From Dictyostelium discoideum (lineage: Eukaryota): a stretch of 64,000 nt of DNA. Positions 38,473 to 51,690 of the stretch are shown here, piece after piece. Location of the stretch: NCBI GenBank assembly GCA_000004695.1, contig CM000152.2, positions 160,001 to 224,000 of the forward strand, given 5' to 3'. Under the pieces are notes generated by a model, which was not told the origin of the DNA, made no database searches, and was given only the letters and a program-made list of their open reading frames with translations. Position 1 is the first letter of the stretch; every line of letters begins with the position of its first letter. A program made the translations under genes and the position numbers.

Positions 38473-40536
38473 TTAAGCACTAATTGAACCTTTTCTAAAA
38501 TCATTACGTTCAATTATACAATTAATAACAACTGGTTGTTGATTTTGATTTAAAATTTTATTTGATTCTTCTAAAGCAAATTTTAATTCAGATTCATTTG
38601 TTGATTTAAAACCTTTACCACCAAATGCTATTGCAACTTGATGATAATCAGTATAAGCTAAATTACAACCAACATCACTATTTAATTGTTCTTGTTGTTC
38701 ACGTAAGATTTGAATCCAACCTGAATCATTACCAATGATAGCACCAACTGAAATTTTATGACGTACCATTGTATCCAACTCTGGTATACTATAACCGAAA
38801 GCACCATCACCATAGATTGTCCAAACTTGATGATCAGGTCTACAAAGTTTGGCAGCAATTGAAAAACCAGCACCAACACCCAATGTACCAAATACACCAG
38901 GATCCAACCAAGATAATGGTGCTCTTGGACGAACGATATAACTTGCAGAACCAACGAAATCACCACCATCAGCCACCATAATGGTTTTGTGTGGTAATTG
39001 TTCATCAAACATTTGCAATGCTTTCAATGGATTTAAGAAACCCTCTTTTGATGGTGGAATATTGATTTTATTGGCAATATCAACATTTCTAGAGACATCA
39101 AGATTTGTCAATTCATTAATCCAATCTCTAAATTTCAATTCGATTATAGATCTATCTGATGATGGTAACTCTGAGATTGACTCTGACAATTGTACTAAAA
39201 ATGAACCAGGATCTAAACTGTATGGATAATTAGGTGACTTGTTTTTATATAAATCAATTGAATCCCTATTGATTGAGAATACCTTTGCACGACTATTAAT
39301 TGATCTACCATAATTTAAACGGAAATCACATGTTACACCTGCCAAAATAACCAAATCTGCTTTCTTTAATGCATGAGATCTACAATGTCTAAAAAGATTA
39401 GAATGACTTGTACCCAATAAACCTCTTGACATACTACTAGTGAAAACAGGTATACCCAATGATTGAACACTTCTTTGTAACGATTCAATTGAATAGGCAT
39501 CATTAATCAATGTAACTTGTGAACCAACGATCAACACTGGCTTTTTACATGCCCCGTCTTTATTTGAAACCAATCGGGCTAGTAATGCTGAAACGTGATC
39601 AGAGGTAACTCTAGTTTGATGTTGTCTCACTCTACCATGAATCACTATATTACTATCGATCGCTGAGAATATCTTCTTCAAATGATATGACATATACATA
39701 TTTATTACACGTGATGCCAATGATTTTGCTTGATCTTGATTCTTTAAATACCATCCCCTAACCACTGACTCTTGATATAGAACATCGATTGGGAATTCAA
39801 CAAACACAGGACCCGGTGTACCATTACGTGCCTCATAGAATGCTCTCTCCAACATTGGTACGATATCACTGTTAGTTGAAACATGTGAACACCATTTAAC
39901 ATGTGGTCTAAGTAATGCAAATTGATCAATGTCTTGTAATGATCCTTTTCCTTTCAATAAATCACTTGTTGCACCACCTATTAAAACAACACCACTTTGT
40001 GCCATCTGTGCATTCTTTACTGCTGTTATAGTATTTGTTAATCCTGGACCTGCTGTTACAACTGCAACACCTGGTATACCTGTTAATCTAAAGACACCAT
40101 CTGCTGCAAATACTGTTGTTGATTCATGTCTTACCTTTAGTTTTTTTTTAAAAAAAAAAAAAAAAAAAATATAAATATAAATATTTCAGTTTTAATTTAT
40201 TTTTTTTTTTTTTTTTTTTTTTTATTTTTTTTTTTTTATTTTTAAATATACACATATACATACATCAATAACTCTAATACCAATTTTATCAGATTCAACT
40301 AAAATTGGAGCAATATGACCACCAGTTAATGTGAATAAAAATTTAACACCTTGTTTTGATAAAACATTTGCAACTAATTCACCACCACTTGAACTTTTTT
40401 GAAATTTAAAATTGATAATTTGACCATCACAATCAATAATATTTCTATTTTCTAAAAAATATAATGAGAATAAAACTGATCCAACACTTGCTGCTATAAC
40501 AGCTCCTTTTGTAATATTTTCTTGTTCCAATAACAT
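38473..40536 (-). CDS. ilvbl: Acetolactate-synthase-like / 2-hydroxyacyl-CoA lyase family TPP enzyme (ILVBL/HACL2-like), 644 aa: complement(join(38473..40134,40264..40536))
   Basis: Exon 1 has an N-terminal hydrophobic anchor plus the TPP N-domain ([41 protein letters not shown]) and ends GAT|GTATGT at 40263. The acceptor ctaaAG at 40135-40136 continues [57 protein letters not shown]... The TPP-binding motif GDGAFGYS...GNDSGW and the whole central/C domains align to HACL1/ILVBL. Confidence 0.85.
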
Positions 40537-40805
40537 TTTTATTTTTATTATTATTATTATTATCTTTTTAAATAATAAAAATAAAATAAAAAAAATAAAA
40601 GTTTAAAAAAAAAAATAAAAATATTTGAAAATAAAAAAATAAAATTATGTGAAAAAAAAAAAAAAAAAAAAAAGATATTATTAAAAAAAAAAAAATTAAA
40701 AAAAAAAATAAATTAAAAAATAAATATCTATTTCCTTTTTGTGAAATTCAATTAAACCAAAAAAAAACTAAAAAAACTAAAAAACAATCCAAAAACAACC
40801 AATAC

Positions 40806-40839
<34 letters not shown>

Positions 40840-40994
40840 TTTTCTATAAATAGCATTTTTTTAATATTTTCATTTTATTATTAATTTTCCATCTTAAAAT
40901 AAAATAAAAAAAAAAAAAAAAAAAAAAGAATAAAATAAAATAAAAAATCAAAATTAAAATTTTTTTTTTTTTTTTTTATTATTTTATTTCTTAT

Positions 40995-41787
40995 TTACAA
41001 ATCATTTTTTCTATGTTTTTTAAGTTGTCTATTATCTTGAGTTATTTTATCAGATTTTTCTTCAATATATTTAATAGCACTTTCATTTGATAAAATATCA
41101 CCTAAAGCACCACGTTTCTTTTCTTTATTTGTGAATCTATTATAATAGTCAACATTTGAATTTTGGAAGACACCAATTTCGAAATGTTCTGGTAATTCCT
41201 CCAATTGTGATCTATTGTGTCTTTTAGTTGGATCAATGAATTTTTGTAATTTAATTAAGTTTGCTTCTAATTTCATCTCTTCTGTCACCTCTTTCTTACC
41301 GAACCCATACCAACCTTTATTCTTTAAATTTCTATCAACCTTTGGTTTTGTCTCTAATACTGATGTATTCTCAACAACTGGTTTCATTGACTTTTTTAAT
41401 AATTCTAATTTACTTGGTGCTATATCTTTAAAATCTTTTTTTGAAATATTTTTTGTAATACCTAATTGACTATTTTTACTTAATCTTTTTTTAAAATAAA
41501 ATGAAAATTAAAAAATATTAATAAAAATATTTTAAAAAAAATATTAATAAAATTTAAAAAATAATATATTATTTTACATTTTTTGTTGAGTTACTAATTT
41601 ATTTAAATGTACTGCTGTATTCTTTGCTAATTGATCAATAAGTTTAAATTCATCTATATAGTTTGTAAAATAAAAAAAAATAAAAAAAATAAAAAAAAAA
41701 TAAAAAGTTTTATTAGATTGAGAATTTTTTATTTTTTAGTTTTAGTCACACACATACCTTCTAATATATCATTTTCAGTCTTTTTTG

Positions 41788-41829
<42 letters not shown>

Positions 41830-41929
41830 CTGTTATACTAATTTCTTTATTTTTATTTGTTAATGAAACATTATTTAAATTTAAAACATCATAATTTTGA
41901 TCAATATTTGATTTCTTTGTTTTACTCAT
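40995..41929 (-). CDS. fcf2: Fcf2 pre-rRNA processing domain protein (DNTTIP2-like): complement(join(40995..41484,41578..41653,41758..41929))
   Basis: Exon 1 (MSKTKK...poly-N...KTENDILE) ends G|GTATGT at 41757. Exon 2 (acceptor tatatAG 41654-41655; DEFKLIDQLAKNTAVHLNKLVTQQK) ends AT|GTAAAA at 41577. Exon 3 (acceptor aaaaAG 41485-41486) continues ILSKNSQLGITKNISKK...KVDRNLKNKGWYGF...EELPEHFEIGVFQNSNVDYYNRFTNKEKKRGALGDILSNE, the Fcf2 C-terminal signature. Phases 1, 2 and 0 are consistent, 738 nt. Confidence 0.7.
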
Positions 41930-41997
41930 TTTATTTGATTTTATTTCTTAAAATTAATTTTGAGAAAAAGGGTTTCGTCAATTTGTTCGTTTTTTTG

Positions 41998-42033
<36 letters not shown>

Positions 42034-42241
42034 AAAAAAAAAAAATTTTAATTTTTTTTTTTTTTTTTTTTTTATTTTTATTTTTAAAAAATAAATAAAA
42101 TTAAAAAAATAAAAATAAAATTAGAATAAAACTATAAATAAAGAATAATCATATTTATTTACACTTTGGGGTGTCATTAAAAAAAAAAAATAAAAAAAAA
42201 ATTATAAAAATAGGAAAAAAAAAAAAAAAAAAAAAAAAATC

Positions 42242-42345
<104 letters not shown>

Positions 42346-42865
42346 GTGTCTATTTGGATAGAATGTTGAAATTCATTTATAATTTCCTTTTTTTTTATTG
42401 GATTTTTTTTTTTTTTTAAGTAAAATTATTATTTTTGGGTTAGTCAATTATGATAATCTCTGATGTTTTTTAATTAGGGTGCTAATATTATCCGATTTTG
42501 TGAGCCTGAAAAAAAAAACAAATTGTATGGGTTTTTTTTATATTTTTTTAATTTTTTTTTTGTTTTTTAATTTTTTTTTTTTATTTTTTTTTTTTTTTTT
42601 GCACTTTTTTTAATTTTTTTTTTTTGCTTTTTTTTTTTTTTTTTTTTTTTCATTTTTATGTGAAAAAAAAAAAACAAATAAAACGATTGGATTAATATCT
42701 TTACACACTTAATTGTCCTTTTTTTTTTTTTTTTTCTCTCTCTCCACATTGTATTTTTACACTTTGTATATATAATAATAATAATAATAATAATAGTTAA
42801 TAAATAAAATAAAGTAATAATAATAATTGTACAATAAAGAAAATCAATCACATTAATAACTTTCG

Positions 42866-42903
<38 letters not shown>

Positions 42904-42933
42904 AAAAAAATCACACACTATTTTTTTTATAAT

Positions 42934-42963
<30 letters not shown>

Positions 42964-42964
<1 letters not shown>

Positions 42965-45644
42965 TGTCTAATCCTGTATCTGTATGTAAATTAATGGGAA
43001 AAAAAAATAAAATAAAATAAAATAAAATAAAATAAAATAAAATAAAAATAAAAAATAAGATAAAATTATTCATATTTATTCCTTTATTTCAAATTATAAA
43101 TTAATATTTGTATAGATTAATAATAGTGGTAGTATTAGTAATTCTAATTTAAATAATGAAAGTTTATCACCAAGTAGATTATCATCTTCACCAAATTCGA
43201 AATCAAGTATGTATTTTTTTTTTTTTTTAAATACACCCCCCTCTCCTCCTCCCCTTCCTCTTCCTCTCATCATTAAATAAAACATATTACTAATTAGTGA
43301 AAAATATAATATAGTGGAGTTAAATGGTAAAAGAACATTGAAAAGTAGTGTTGTAAAAACATTATTAAATAGATCAAGTTCAGGTAATAATTTAAATAAT
43401 ACAGTAACAACAAGAAGAGCAGCAGGATCATTTACATCAAATTATCAAAATATATATACACCAAATAATAATAGTTATAATAGTAGTAATAATAATAATA
43501 ATAATAATAATGACGACGATACAGTATCAGTAGATGGTGATAATCCACCAGATTCACCAAAATCCACTAAAGATCATAGTAATAGTGTTGGAAGTAATAG
43601 TGGTGGTGGTGGTGGTGGTAGTAGTGGAGGATTAAATATGAGTATGAATAATATAAAACAACAACAACAAGATAATTTAATAAAACAGCAACAAAAGGAT
43701 AGATCATTGTGGACTGTTAGATCATTGAAAGAGCATGCAGAAGTATTGGATATAATGGAGAGATTGAAACCAGTGAATAGAGCCATCTCATTTGGTCAAA
43801 TTTATGCAAGAGAGGAGACACAATTTGATTTCGATCCATTGATTGGTCGTGATACAATGTTACAATTAATTCTACAACATTTACAATTTGAGGGATTGAT
43901 GGACTCTAGAAAGTTATTAGAAGAGGAGGCAAGAGTGCAATATCCAGAGTATGCAATCAACGAATCTAGATTAGTGACCCTACTTCGTACGGCTTTAAAA
44001 GATTCAGAACGTGTTTTCCAATTAACTTTAGATGATAAAAAAAGAGATTCACAACAACAATTGGAAGAGCATTTAGCATTCCTTGGTCTATTCAAAGATG
44101 AGACGGCAACTGATATAATGGGTGAAGATGTAAATATTTATGATGAACCTGAAAATTCAAATATTATATATGTAGATGATAAAGAAAAAGAAAAAGAAAA
44201 GGAAAAAGAAAAAGAAAAAGAAAAAGATAAATTTGGACCAAATTCAACAAATAGTTTAAGCGGTAGTGGTTCATCACCAAATATACCTAGTGGTATGAAT
44301 AATAATAGTAGTAGTATAGGTAATAATAGTATTGGTAATAGTAATAGTTATAGTAATGGTGAGTTATCACCATTGTCAGCATCAACATTGTTAATGATGT
44401 CACCACAGAATAAGAATTCAATAGAGACGAATAAACCACAAGTTAAGGCGGCATCATTAAATAAATTGGTTATTTTATTAACACCAGATAATAATCATGA
44501 TTTAGAGTATACAAAGACATTCTTGTTAACTTACCAATCATTTACAACACCAGAGATGTTGTTGGAGAAATTGGTCCAACGTTATCATGTACCACAGAAA
44601 CCAGGTCAATCATTGGACGATTGGAAAAAGAGTGCCGTACCAATTCAATTACGTGTTGCCAATGTTATTAGAACTTGGATAAAGGATTACTTTTCAGATT
44701 TCAATGATAAACTCATTCAAAATGTAAAATCACTCTATGAGAATATGAAACAGTCTGGTAATATGTCGCATGCAAAGATTCTATCAGAGTCGTTGAATGC
44801 AAAGATCAAGGGTATGGTTGGCATGGACGATCAAAAGAGGGCCCCCACTTTCACAAGTCCTGCACCCGAACCAAAGGTACCAAAGAATATTTGGTCACAA
44901 ACTTTAGACATTTTCTCTGTCGATGAAGAAGAAATCGCTAGACAATTGACCTTGATGGACTTTGAAATCTTTTCAGCCATTAAATCAACCGAATTGTTGA
45001 ATCAAAGTTGGAATAAACCAAAACTACGTCACCGTTCACCAAATGTATTGACTTTGATCAATAGATTCAATGAGATCTCTCAATGGACTGCAACTTCGAT
45101 TCTCTCTTATCCAAAGGTTAAGGATAGAGCTAGAATCATGGCTAAGTTCATAAAGATCGCTGAATATTGTATGAGACATTTAAATAATTTCAATACTTCA
45201 ATGGCAATTCTTTCAGGTTTAAACGCTTCCTCTGTTCATAGATTAAAATTCACCAAAGAAGAGTTACCAAAACATACTCAACAAGTTTACACAGAGTTAC
45301 AATTTCATCTAAGTTCAGCTCAAGCTTACAAAGAGTATCGTGCTCTTTTGGCAAAAGCAAATCCACCTTGTTTACCTTATCTTGGTGTTTATTTAACAGA
45401 TTTAACTTTCTTTGAAGAAGGTAATCCTGATTTCATTCAAGGTTTCATCAATTTTGGTAAAAGAAAGTTAATCTATGGTTCAATTTCAAATGTTCAAAGT
45501 TTTCAAAATGCAAAATATAATTTACAACCAGTTTATCAAATTACAAAATTATTAAAAGGTTTTAAACTTTTAGAAGAAAATGATTTATATTCAAGATCAA
45601 TGTCATTTGAACCAAGAAATAAAGAAAGAAGTGAAATTTTATAA
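42964..45644 (+). CDS. Ras guanine-nucleotide exchange factor with LisH motif, RasGEF-N and RasGEF (Cdc25) domains: join(42964..42981,43116..43206,43315..45644)
   Basis: The main exon 43315..45644 carries LisH (DTMLQLILQHLQFEGLMDSRKLLEEEA), RasGEF-N (LNKLVILLTPDNNHDLEYTKTFLLTYQSFTTPEMLLEKLVQRY) and the Cdc25 catalytic domain (ARQLTLMDFEIFSAIKSTELLNQSWNK...LPYLGVYLTDLTFFEEGNP). The 5' model is MSNPVS|GTATGT (42982), then tgtatAG|INNSGSISNS...NSKS-A|GTATGT (43207), then taatatAG|TG, which creates the first Met by a split A|TG. The 5' exons are less certain than the main exon. Confidence 0.85.
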
Positions 45645-45771
45645 AAAAACAAAAATCAAAAAAAAAAAAAAAAAAAAAAAAGTGATAATACAAATCCTTT
45701 AAAAGATTTTTATTTATTATTTTTTTTATTTTTTTTAATCCACAAACTAAAGAAAAAAAAAAACAAAAAAA

Positions 45772-45806
<35 letters not shown>

Positions 45807-46242
45807 TTTATATAATTAATTTAATATATAATAAATAAGCGATTTTTTAAAAACAAATCAAAGATTTTATTTCATTTTTTTTATTTTATTTTTTATTTAT
45901 TGGTTCACAAATCAAATTTTTATTTTTTTTTATTTTTTATTTTTTTTTTTTTTGTTTTTTTTTTATTTTTTATTTTTTTGAGAGCAATTGCTGACTTAAT
46001 CGATTTTTTATGTTTTTCATTTCAATTTTTTTTTTTTTTTGTTTTTTTTTTTTTTATTATAATTTTTTAATTTTTTTTTTTTTTTTTTTTAAATTAAAAA
46101 ACTTTGCTGTTGTGAAGCAAATTTTTTTATTTATTTTTAAAATTATTACAACAGTAGAATATAAAAACCAAAAAGGAATTCAAGATTTATATTTTAATAC
46201 GCACCTATATATCTTTATTTAATTAATGGAATTTCACCTGAA

Positions 46243-47086
46243 ATGGGAGGAATATTCTCTAAAGGTTACCTACCTGAATTACCAAATGGTTCTCTTATCA
46301 AATTAGGGATTATTGGTTTAGAGAATTCTGGGAAGGTAAATTTTAATTATTATAATATTAATAATAATAATAACAGTAATAATAATAAAAAAAAAAAAAA
46401 TACTAATTATGTAAATTTTTTTTTTTTTTTTTTTTTATTTTATTTTTTTTTTTTTTCAAAATCATGTTTTAATTATTATATAAAAAATAAAAAAAACAAT
46501 AATAATAAATTATTATTATTATTATTATTATTTTATTTTATTATTTTTACTATTTTATTTTATTTTTTTTATTTATTTTATTTTATTAAAGACAACATTA
46601 TTAAATAAATTTATAGATGCATCATCAAAAAAATCTATAGCATCAGTATTAATATCAACAGGAGTTTATATAGAATCTATAATATTTAAAGGATGGGAAA
46701 TATTTGCAGGTGATTTATTATATCCAAATTATATAAGTAAAATTTATAAACCATATTTATTAGGATCAGATGTAATTATATTTATGATTGATTCATCAGA
46801 TATTCATCAAATGACCGAGGCAAAGAATCAGATTGATCTATTGATCCAAGAACAATGTATTAATAGTAGTGTATTTTTAGTAATGGCAAATAAACAAGAC
46901 CAAAAACGGTGTGTTTCAATCCATCAATTGGAGCAGTATTTAGAACTGTACAGATTAACAAACCCTTGGAAATGTTTACCATTATCCTTAATTCAAGAAA
47001 AAGGTATTGAAGATTTAATAAAATGGATTTTAGAAAATACTGTAGTAAGAAAAACTTATAATAATCAATTACAAACTTTACAATAG
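46243..47086 (+). CDS. Divergent Arf-like small GTPase: join(46243..46335,46592..47086)
   Basis: MGGIFSK (Gly2 myristoylation-type Arf N-terminus) and P-loop GLENSGK|TTLL, split by an intron AAG|GTAAAT at 46336 to ttattaaAG at 46590-46591. NKQD is at the G4 position and the Arf-type C-terminal helix is present. The switch II WDxGGQ is replaced by WEIFAGD. Confidence 0.8.
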
Positions 47087-47406
47087 TAATAATAATAAAT
47101 AATAAATAATAATAAATAATAAATAATGAATAAAATATAAAAAAATAAAAAAAATAAAAAAAAATAAACAATAAACAATAATTTAAATTTAATCAATTAT
47201 CATCATAATCATTAATAATAATAATTATAATAATTATAATAATTCATCATATCCTCCCTCCTCTCTCTCACTCTCTCTTTTATTATTTTAAAATAATAAT
47301 AATAATAAAGTTTTAATGATAATTTTGAAAAAAAAAAAAAAAAAAAAAAAAGTGTATTGTTTTTATTTTATTTTATTTTGTTTTATTTTATTTATTTAAT
47401 TTTATA

Positions 47407-49554
47407 TTAAAGTTTTAATTTTTCAATTGGGGTTAAATATCTCTTTAAAACAAAATAAATAAAAACACCATAAATTATTGCACCAGTTGCAACGAGATAA
47501 TAACCATCTCTTTCAATTCTATATTTTCCATTTTGTTCGGCACAAAGTTCTTTTGATATATTATCATGTATTATTACTTGTTGTTGTTGTTCTTGTATTA
47601 TTGTTGTTGTTGTTGTTAAATTATTTGAAGAAGTAGAAATTAAAGAAGAAGAAGATGAAGAAGATGAAGAATTATCATTTGATATATTTACAATACATTC
47701 ACTTGTTGTTAATTTATCAATTAACATTAAAATAAATAATTTTGGATAAGTTCCAGCGAAATTGGCAATTGTATTTAATAAGGTTACATAAGTACCACCA
47801 ATACTTTTATCACTAATCTTTAAAAAGAAAGAACCTTGTGATACTGACATTAAATTATAAGAGAAACTTGAAAATAATGAAATCATCAATAACAAAAAGA
47901 AATGACTCCAACTAATTTCACCACCATTTAAATTTGGGAAATAAAATACACTACACATATTAACTAAAATAAAGAATACTCCAACTAAATATGCATTACT
48001 CCACTTTTTTTTATCATAAAAATTTAATAAAAGTTAATAAAAATTAATAAAAATTAATAAATTATTATTTAATAAATAAATAAATTTACTTACAATTGTT
48101 AATGGTTTATTTTTAACCCATTTACTTGAAATTATTGAGAAAATGATAATACTTGGGAATTGAATTAATGAGAACGAGGCGATATCTTCTTTTCTTAAAC
48201 CTTTTTCTAATAGTTTTAAATTTAATGCAGATTCATTTGGTTGAAAAACTATTTTTGAAATGATGAATAATATTGATAAAATTTTAATATGTGGTAAAGT
48301 AATAATCTTCCATAAAAGATAATAAACTTGTTTTGGTGTTAAATCAGATTCACTAATATCCATACCATATGTTTCTTGTACAATTGATTTTTTACCATTA
48401 TCATAATTATTATTACTATTATTATTATCAATAATTTCATTATTCTCATTATTCTCTTTAATTATTGTTATATCTTTTTTATCAATTGAAATATGTTGTT
48501 TATTCTTTTTATTTTGTTTTTTAACTGGTGATGATAATAATGATGGTGATAAGGATGATGGTGATGATCTCATTGATTTACTTTCAATTGACTCATTTTC
48601 AATTTTACTTTTAACTTGTTTATTTTTATCATCATTATTATTATTATTATAATTATCATGACGAGTAGTAGTAGTAGTAATTGTAGTTGATTCCTCATCT
48701 TTAAAAAATGCTAAATAAATACTAAGTATTATAAATAATATACCCCAAAACTGTAAATAACCAGGTAATGTTATTATACCCTCTTCTGATGGTACACTTC
48801 TTAAAAATTTATTTGCAAATTTTGGTGAACTTAATGTTAAAAATATTGTATATGATAAAAAGTATCCTGTATTTAATCCAATAGTCTATTTTTAATTGAT
48901 ATAAATTAAAATAAATTAGTAAAAATTTTAATTTATGCCAGTAATAAAGTGATAATAATAATAATAATACATACTTGACAAGTTGAAGCATAATGTAAAT
49001 AAGGTTTTGATAAAATAGTTAATGCCCACGCATCAACAGCAATATCTTGAGTTGCCATTAAAAATATTAATAAAAAGAATACTATTGTAATATAGATTAT
49101 TTTAGTTTCAGCATGTTCTAAAAGTGTTTCAATGAAAAAACTAATTGTTATGAAAACTATTCCAGCTAAAATTTGAATTGGTACAATCCATGATTTTCTT
49201 CTACCAAATGATTGAACGAAATAACTATCAACAATTGGTGACCATAATAATTTCAATGAATATGGATATGTACTAATTGTAAAAATACCAATTTGTGTAT
49301 ATGTTGCATGTTTATGTAATAAAAATGGTATTGTACCAAATGATAATCCAATCGGTATACCTTGAATTAAATCTATATATATATATATAATTTATATATC
49401 ATGTGTAGTATAAAATTATAATAAGTTAATAAATATGTAGGTGTGTGTATGTGTGTGTGTATATATATATATATATGTACTTACATAATAAAACCAACCA
49501 AACTATATTATTTAATTCATTTCCAAAATGTCTTTTTAATAAAGTAAATAACAT
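47407..49554 (-). CDS. slc33a1: Acetyl-CoA transporter (SLC33A1/AT-1 family, MFS), about 618 aa: complement(join(47407..48003,48094..48885,48975..49372,49485..49554))
   Basis: Exon 1 (MLFTLLKRHFGNELNNIVWLVLL) ends T|GTAAGT at 49484. Exon 2 (acceptor atatatAG 49373-49374) gives YLIQGIPIGLSFGTIPFLL...LKLLWSPIVDSYFVQSFGRRKSWIVPIQ...MATQDIAVDAWALTILSKPYLHYASTCQ, which matches human SLC33A1 closely, and ends CAA|GTATGT at 48974. Exon 3 (acceptor aaaaatAG 48886-48887) ends ATT|GTAAGT at 48093. Exon 4 (acceptor aaaaaaAG 48004-48005) contains IGGTYVTLLNTIANFAGTYP... and runs to TAA at 47407. All phases are consistent, 1857 nt. Confidence 0.85.
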
Positions 49555-49900
49555 GTCGACAAAGTGTATGTATGTGGTGGTACTACCCTTTTCTTGTTTT
49601 TGGTGAACAAAAAAGAAAATGAATTTTTAAAAATAAATAAAAAAAAAAAAAAAATGAAAAATGAAAAATGAAAAAAAAATTAAAAATTAAACCAAAACTG
49701 ATGACATTACACTCCTCTTTTTTTGCATATTTCATCATTTTTTTTTTAAAAAATTTTTTTGACGAAATATAAAAATAACTCAACAGTTTAAGTTTTTTTT
49801 TTTTTTTTTTTTTTTTTTTTCGGAAAATCAAAAGATTAAATAAAGAAATAACTCTTGGATTTAAAAAATTAAGTCAATAAATTATTTTTAAAATTTTATT

Positions 49901-49966
49901 TTATTTTGGGTCTTGACTGTCAATTGAAATATTTAAATTTGTTTGTTGTTGGTTTTGTTGTTGATT

Positions 49967-50005
<39 letters not shown>

Positions 50006-50273
50006 CATTCTTTCTTCAAGAGCTTTAACAGCTAATGCTCTTCTTCTCTCCATATCAGCTACATTATAGCTATCATCATTGTTATTAATATTATTATTAT
50101 TTGTTGTTGGTAAAATTGATTGATTTGAAAATCTTGATGATGAACATATTGATAATTTACAAAGAATTTTAAATACTATATTTGAAATAACTTTAATTGG
50201 TGCTCTAAATATATTTAAAAAATAAAAAAAAAGAGGGTTAGTATGAATGTGGTGAATAAATTATAATAATAAT

Positions 50274-50354
<81 letters not shown>

Positions 50355-51378
50355 TTACTGTACTGGGTCAGGGAAAAATGTATAAAATGAAAAAGATTCA
50401 TTAAGATCACCTTTTACACCAGATTTAACTTGATAAAATCTTAAATAAATCCAAGCTATAAATACACCATAAATGACCAATGTGAATGATCTGTCTTGAA
50501 ATCCAATGAATGAAAATACAATCACTCTAAATAAAATCAATATAAATGGTATCCATTTTGCTCTAATCTTTATTAAAAAGAAATTAAATTCTTGTTCTGT
50601 TATTAATTGTTTCAATGCAACTGAAAATGCTGCTATAACACCTGAAAATCCACAAACATTTGCTTTCCTTTTTTAAAAAATAAAAAAACAAATAATTAGT
50701 ATATATATATATATATATATATATTTATTTGATATAAAATACATACATTATAAGATCAATACCACCAAAAAACATAAATTTAAATACAAAGAAAAAGAAT
50801 GAACATAAACTTGAAAAGAAAATTACTACTAATATAAACTTTATAAATTCTCTTGAACCCCATATTGGTTCTAAATATTTCCCAATAAATAATAATGCTA
50901 CTATATTGAAAATTCCCTAAAAAAAAAAAAAAAATACATAAAATATAAAATTTATTAAGAGTTAGTATATATGCACATATAAATTGAACAATTAGTTATT
51001 GATATTTTGAAAAATTTTACACTAATAATAGAGGTCTCTGTTAAACTTGCTGTAAAAAAAGTCCACAAATAGAATCGGGGTGGTGCTATACTATAAAAAA
51101 AAAAAAAAAAAAAAATAATAATAATAGTGTTTTATTAATATTATATAAATAAAAACAACAAAGGAGAGAAGAGAGAGAGAGAGAAAGCTACTGTGTATTT
51201 ATTTTAATTTTTAATTTACTTACTATACAACATTTAAAGTTAAAATTTCCAATGAATTATAATAATTACAAATAATACCAAGGAATAGAAATACACTTAA
51301 AGTTATTGCAATGGATTTTGTTAACCTTGGGAAATTATTTAAATTTGATAAAACATTATTTGTTGATAAACCCTCCAT
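49901..51378 (-). CDS. tmem115: TMEM115/PL6 family rhomboid-like membrane protein, about 335 aa: complement(join(49901..50204,50359..50667,50747..50916,51021..51090,51224..51378))
   Basis: Five exons, all with phase-consistent junctions. Exon 1 (MEGLSTNNVLSNLNNFPRLTKSIAITLSVFLFLGIICNYYNSLEILTLNVV) ends TA|GTAAGT at 51223. Exon 2 is YIAPPRFYLWTFFTASLTETSIIS. Exon 3 is GIFNIVALLFIGKYLEPIWGSREF.... Exon 4 is KANVCGFSGVIAAFSVALKQ...AWIYLRFYQVKSGVKGDLNESFSFYTFFPDPVQ. Exon 5 is APIKV...MERRRALAVKALEERMQQQ.... It aligns through its length with human TMEM115 (SWVYLRFYQRHSRGRGDMADHFAFATFFPEILQP; AERRRQLALKALNERL). Confidence 0.85.
50272..50352. repeat. (ATA)n microsatellite inside the last intron of the TMEM115 gene
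   Basis: Perfect trinucleotide array between donor 50358 and acceptor 50205. Confidence 0.9.
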
Positions 51379-51385
51379 TCTTTTC

Positions 51386-51417
<32 letters not shown>

Positions 51418-51690
51418 GTTTTTCTTTGTTTTTCGTCTAAACTTCTATTATCTTCATTAATTTAGGAATTTGAAAAAATTTAAAAAAAAATTTTAAAAAA
51501 AAAAATAAAATAAAAATAAAAATAAATTAGCAAAAATTAAAATAAAAACAAATTAAAAAAAAAAATAAAATAAAAATAAAAAAAAAAAAAAACAATAAAA
51601 TTCATTTTTTTTTTTTTTTCCTATTTTTTATAAATTAAAAAATTTTTGAACATCACAAGCACTTCCATCAATAATAATAATAAATAATAT
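51379..51690. promoter_or_regulatory. Bidirectional intergenic promoter region between divergent TMEM115 (minus) and Lon (plus) genes
   Basis: 312 bp spacer with no ATG on the plus strand. Flanked by start codons at 51378 (minus) and 51691 (plus). Confidence 0.3.

Noticed and set aside
38682-39929. Small ORFs 38682..39008(-), 38769..38981(+), 38981..39229(+) and 39744..39929(-)
   Set aside because: They are embedded in other frames or the opposite strand of the conserved ILVBL-like CDS.
43574-44095. ORFs 43574..43786(-) and 43802..44095(-)
   Set aside because: Antisense to the RasGEF coding exon. No independent support.
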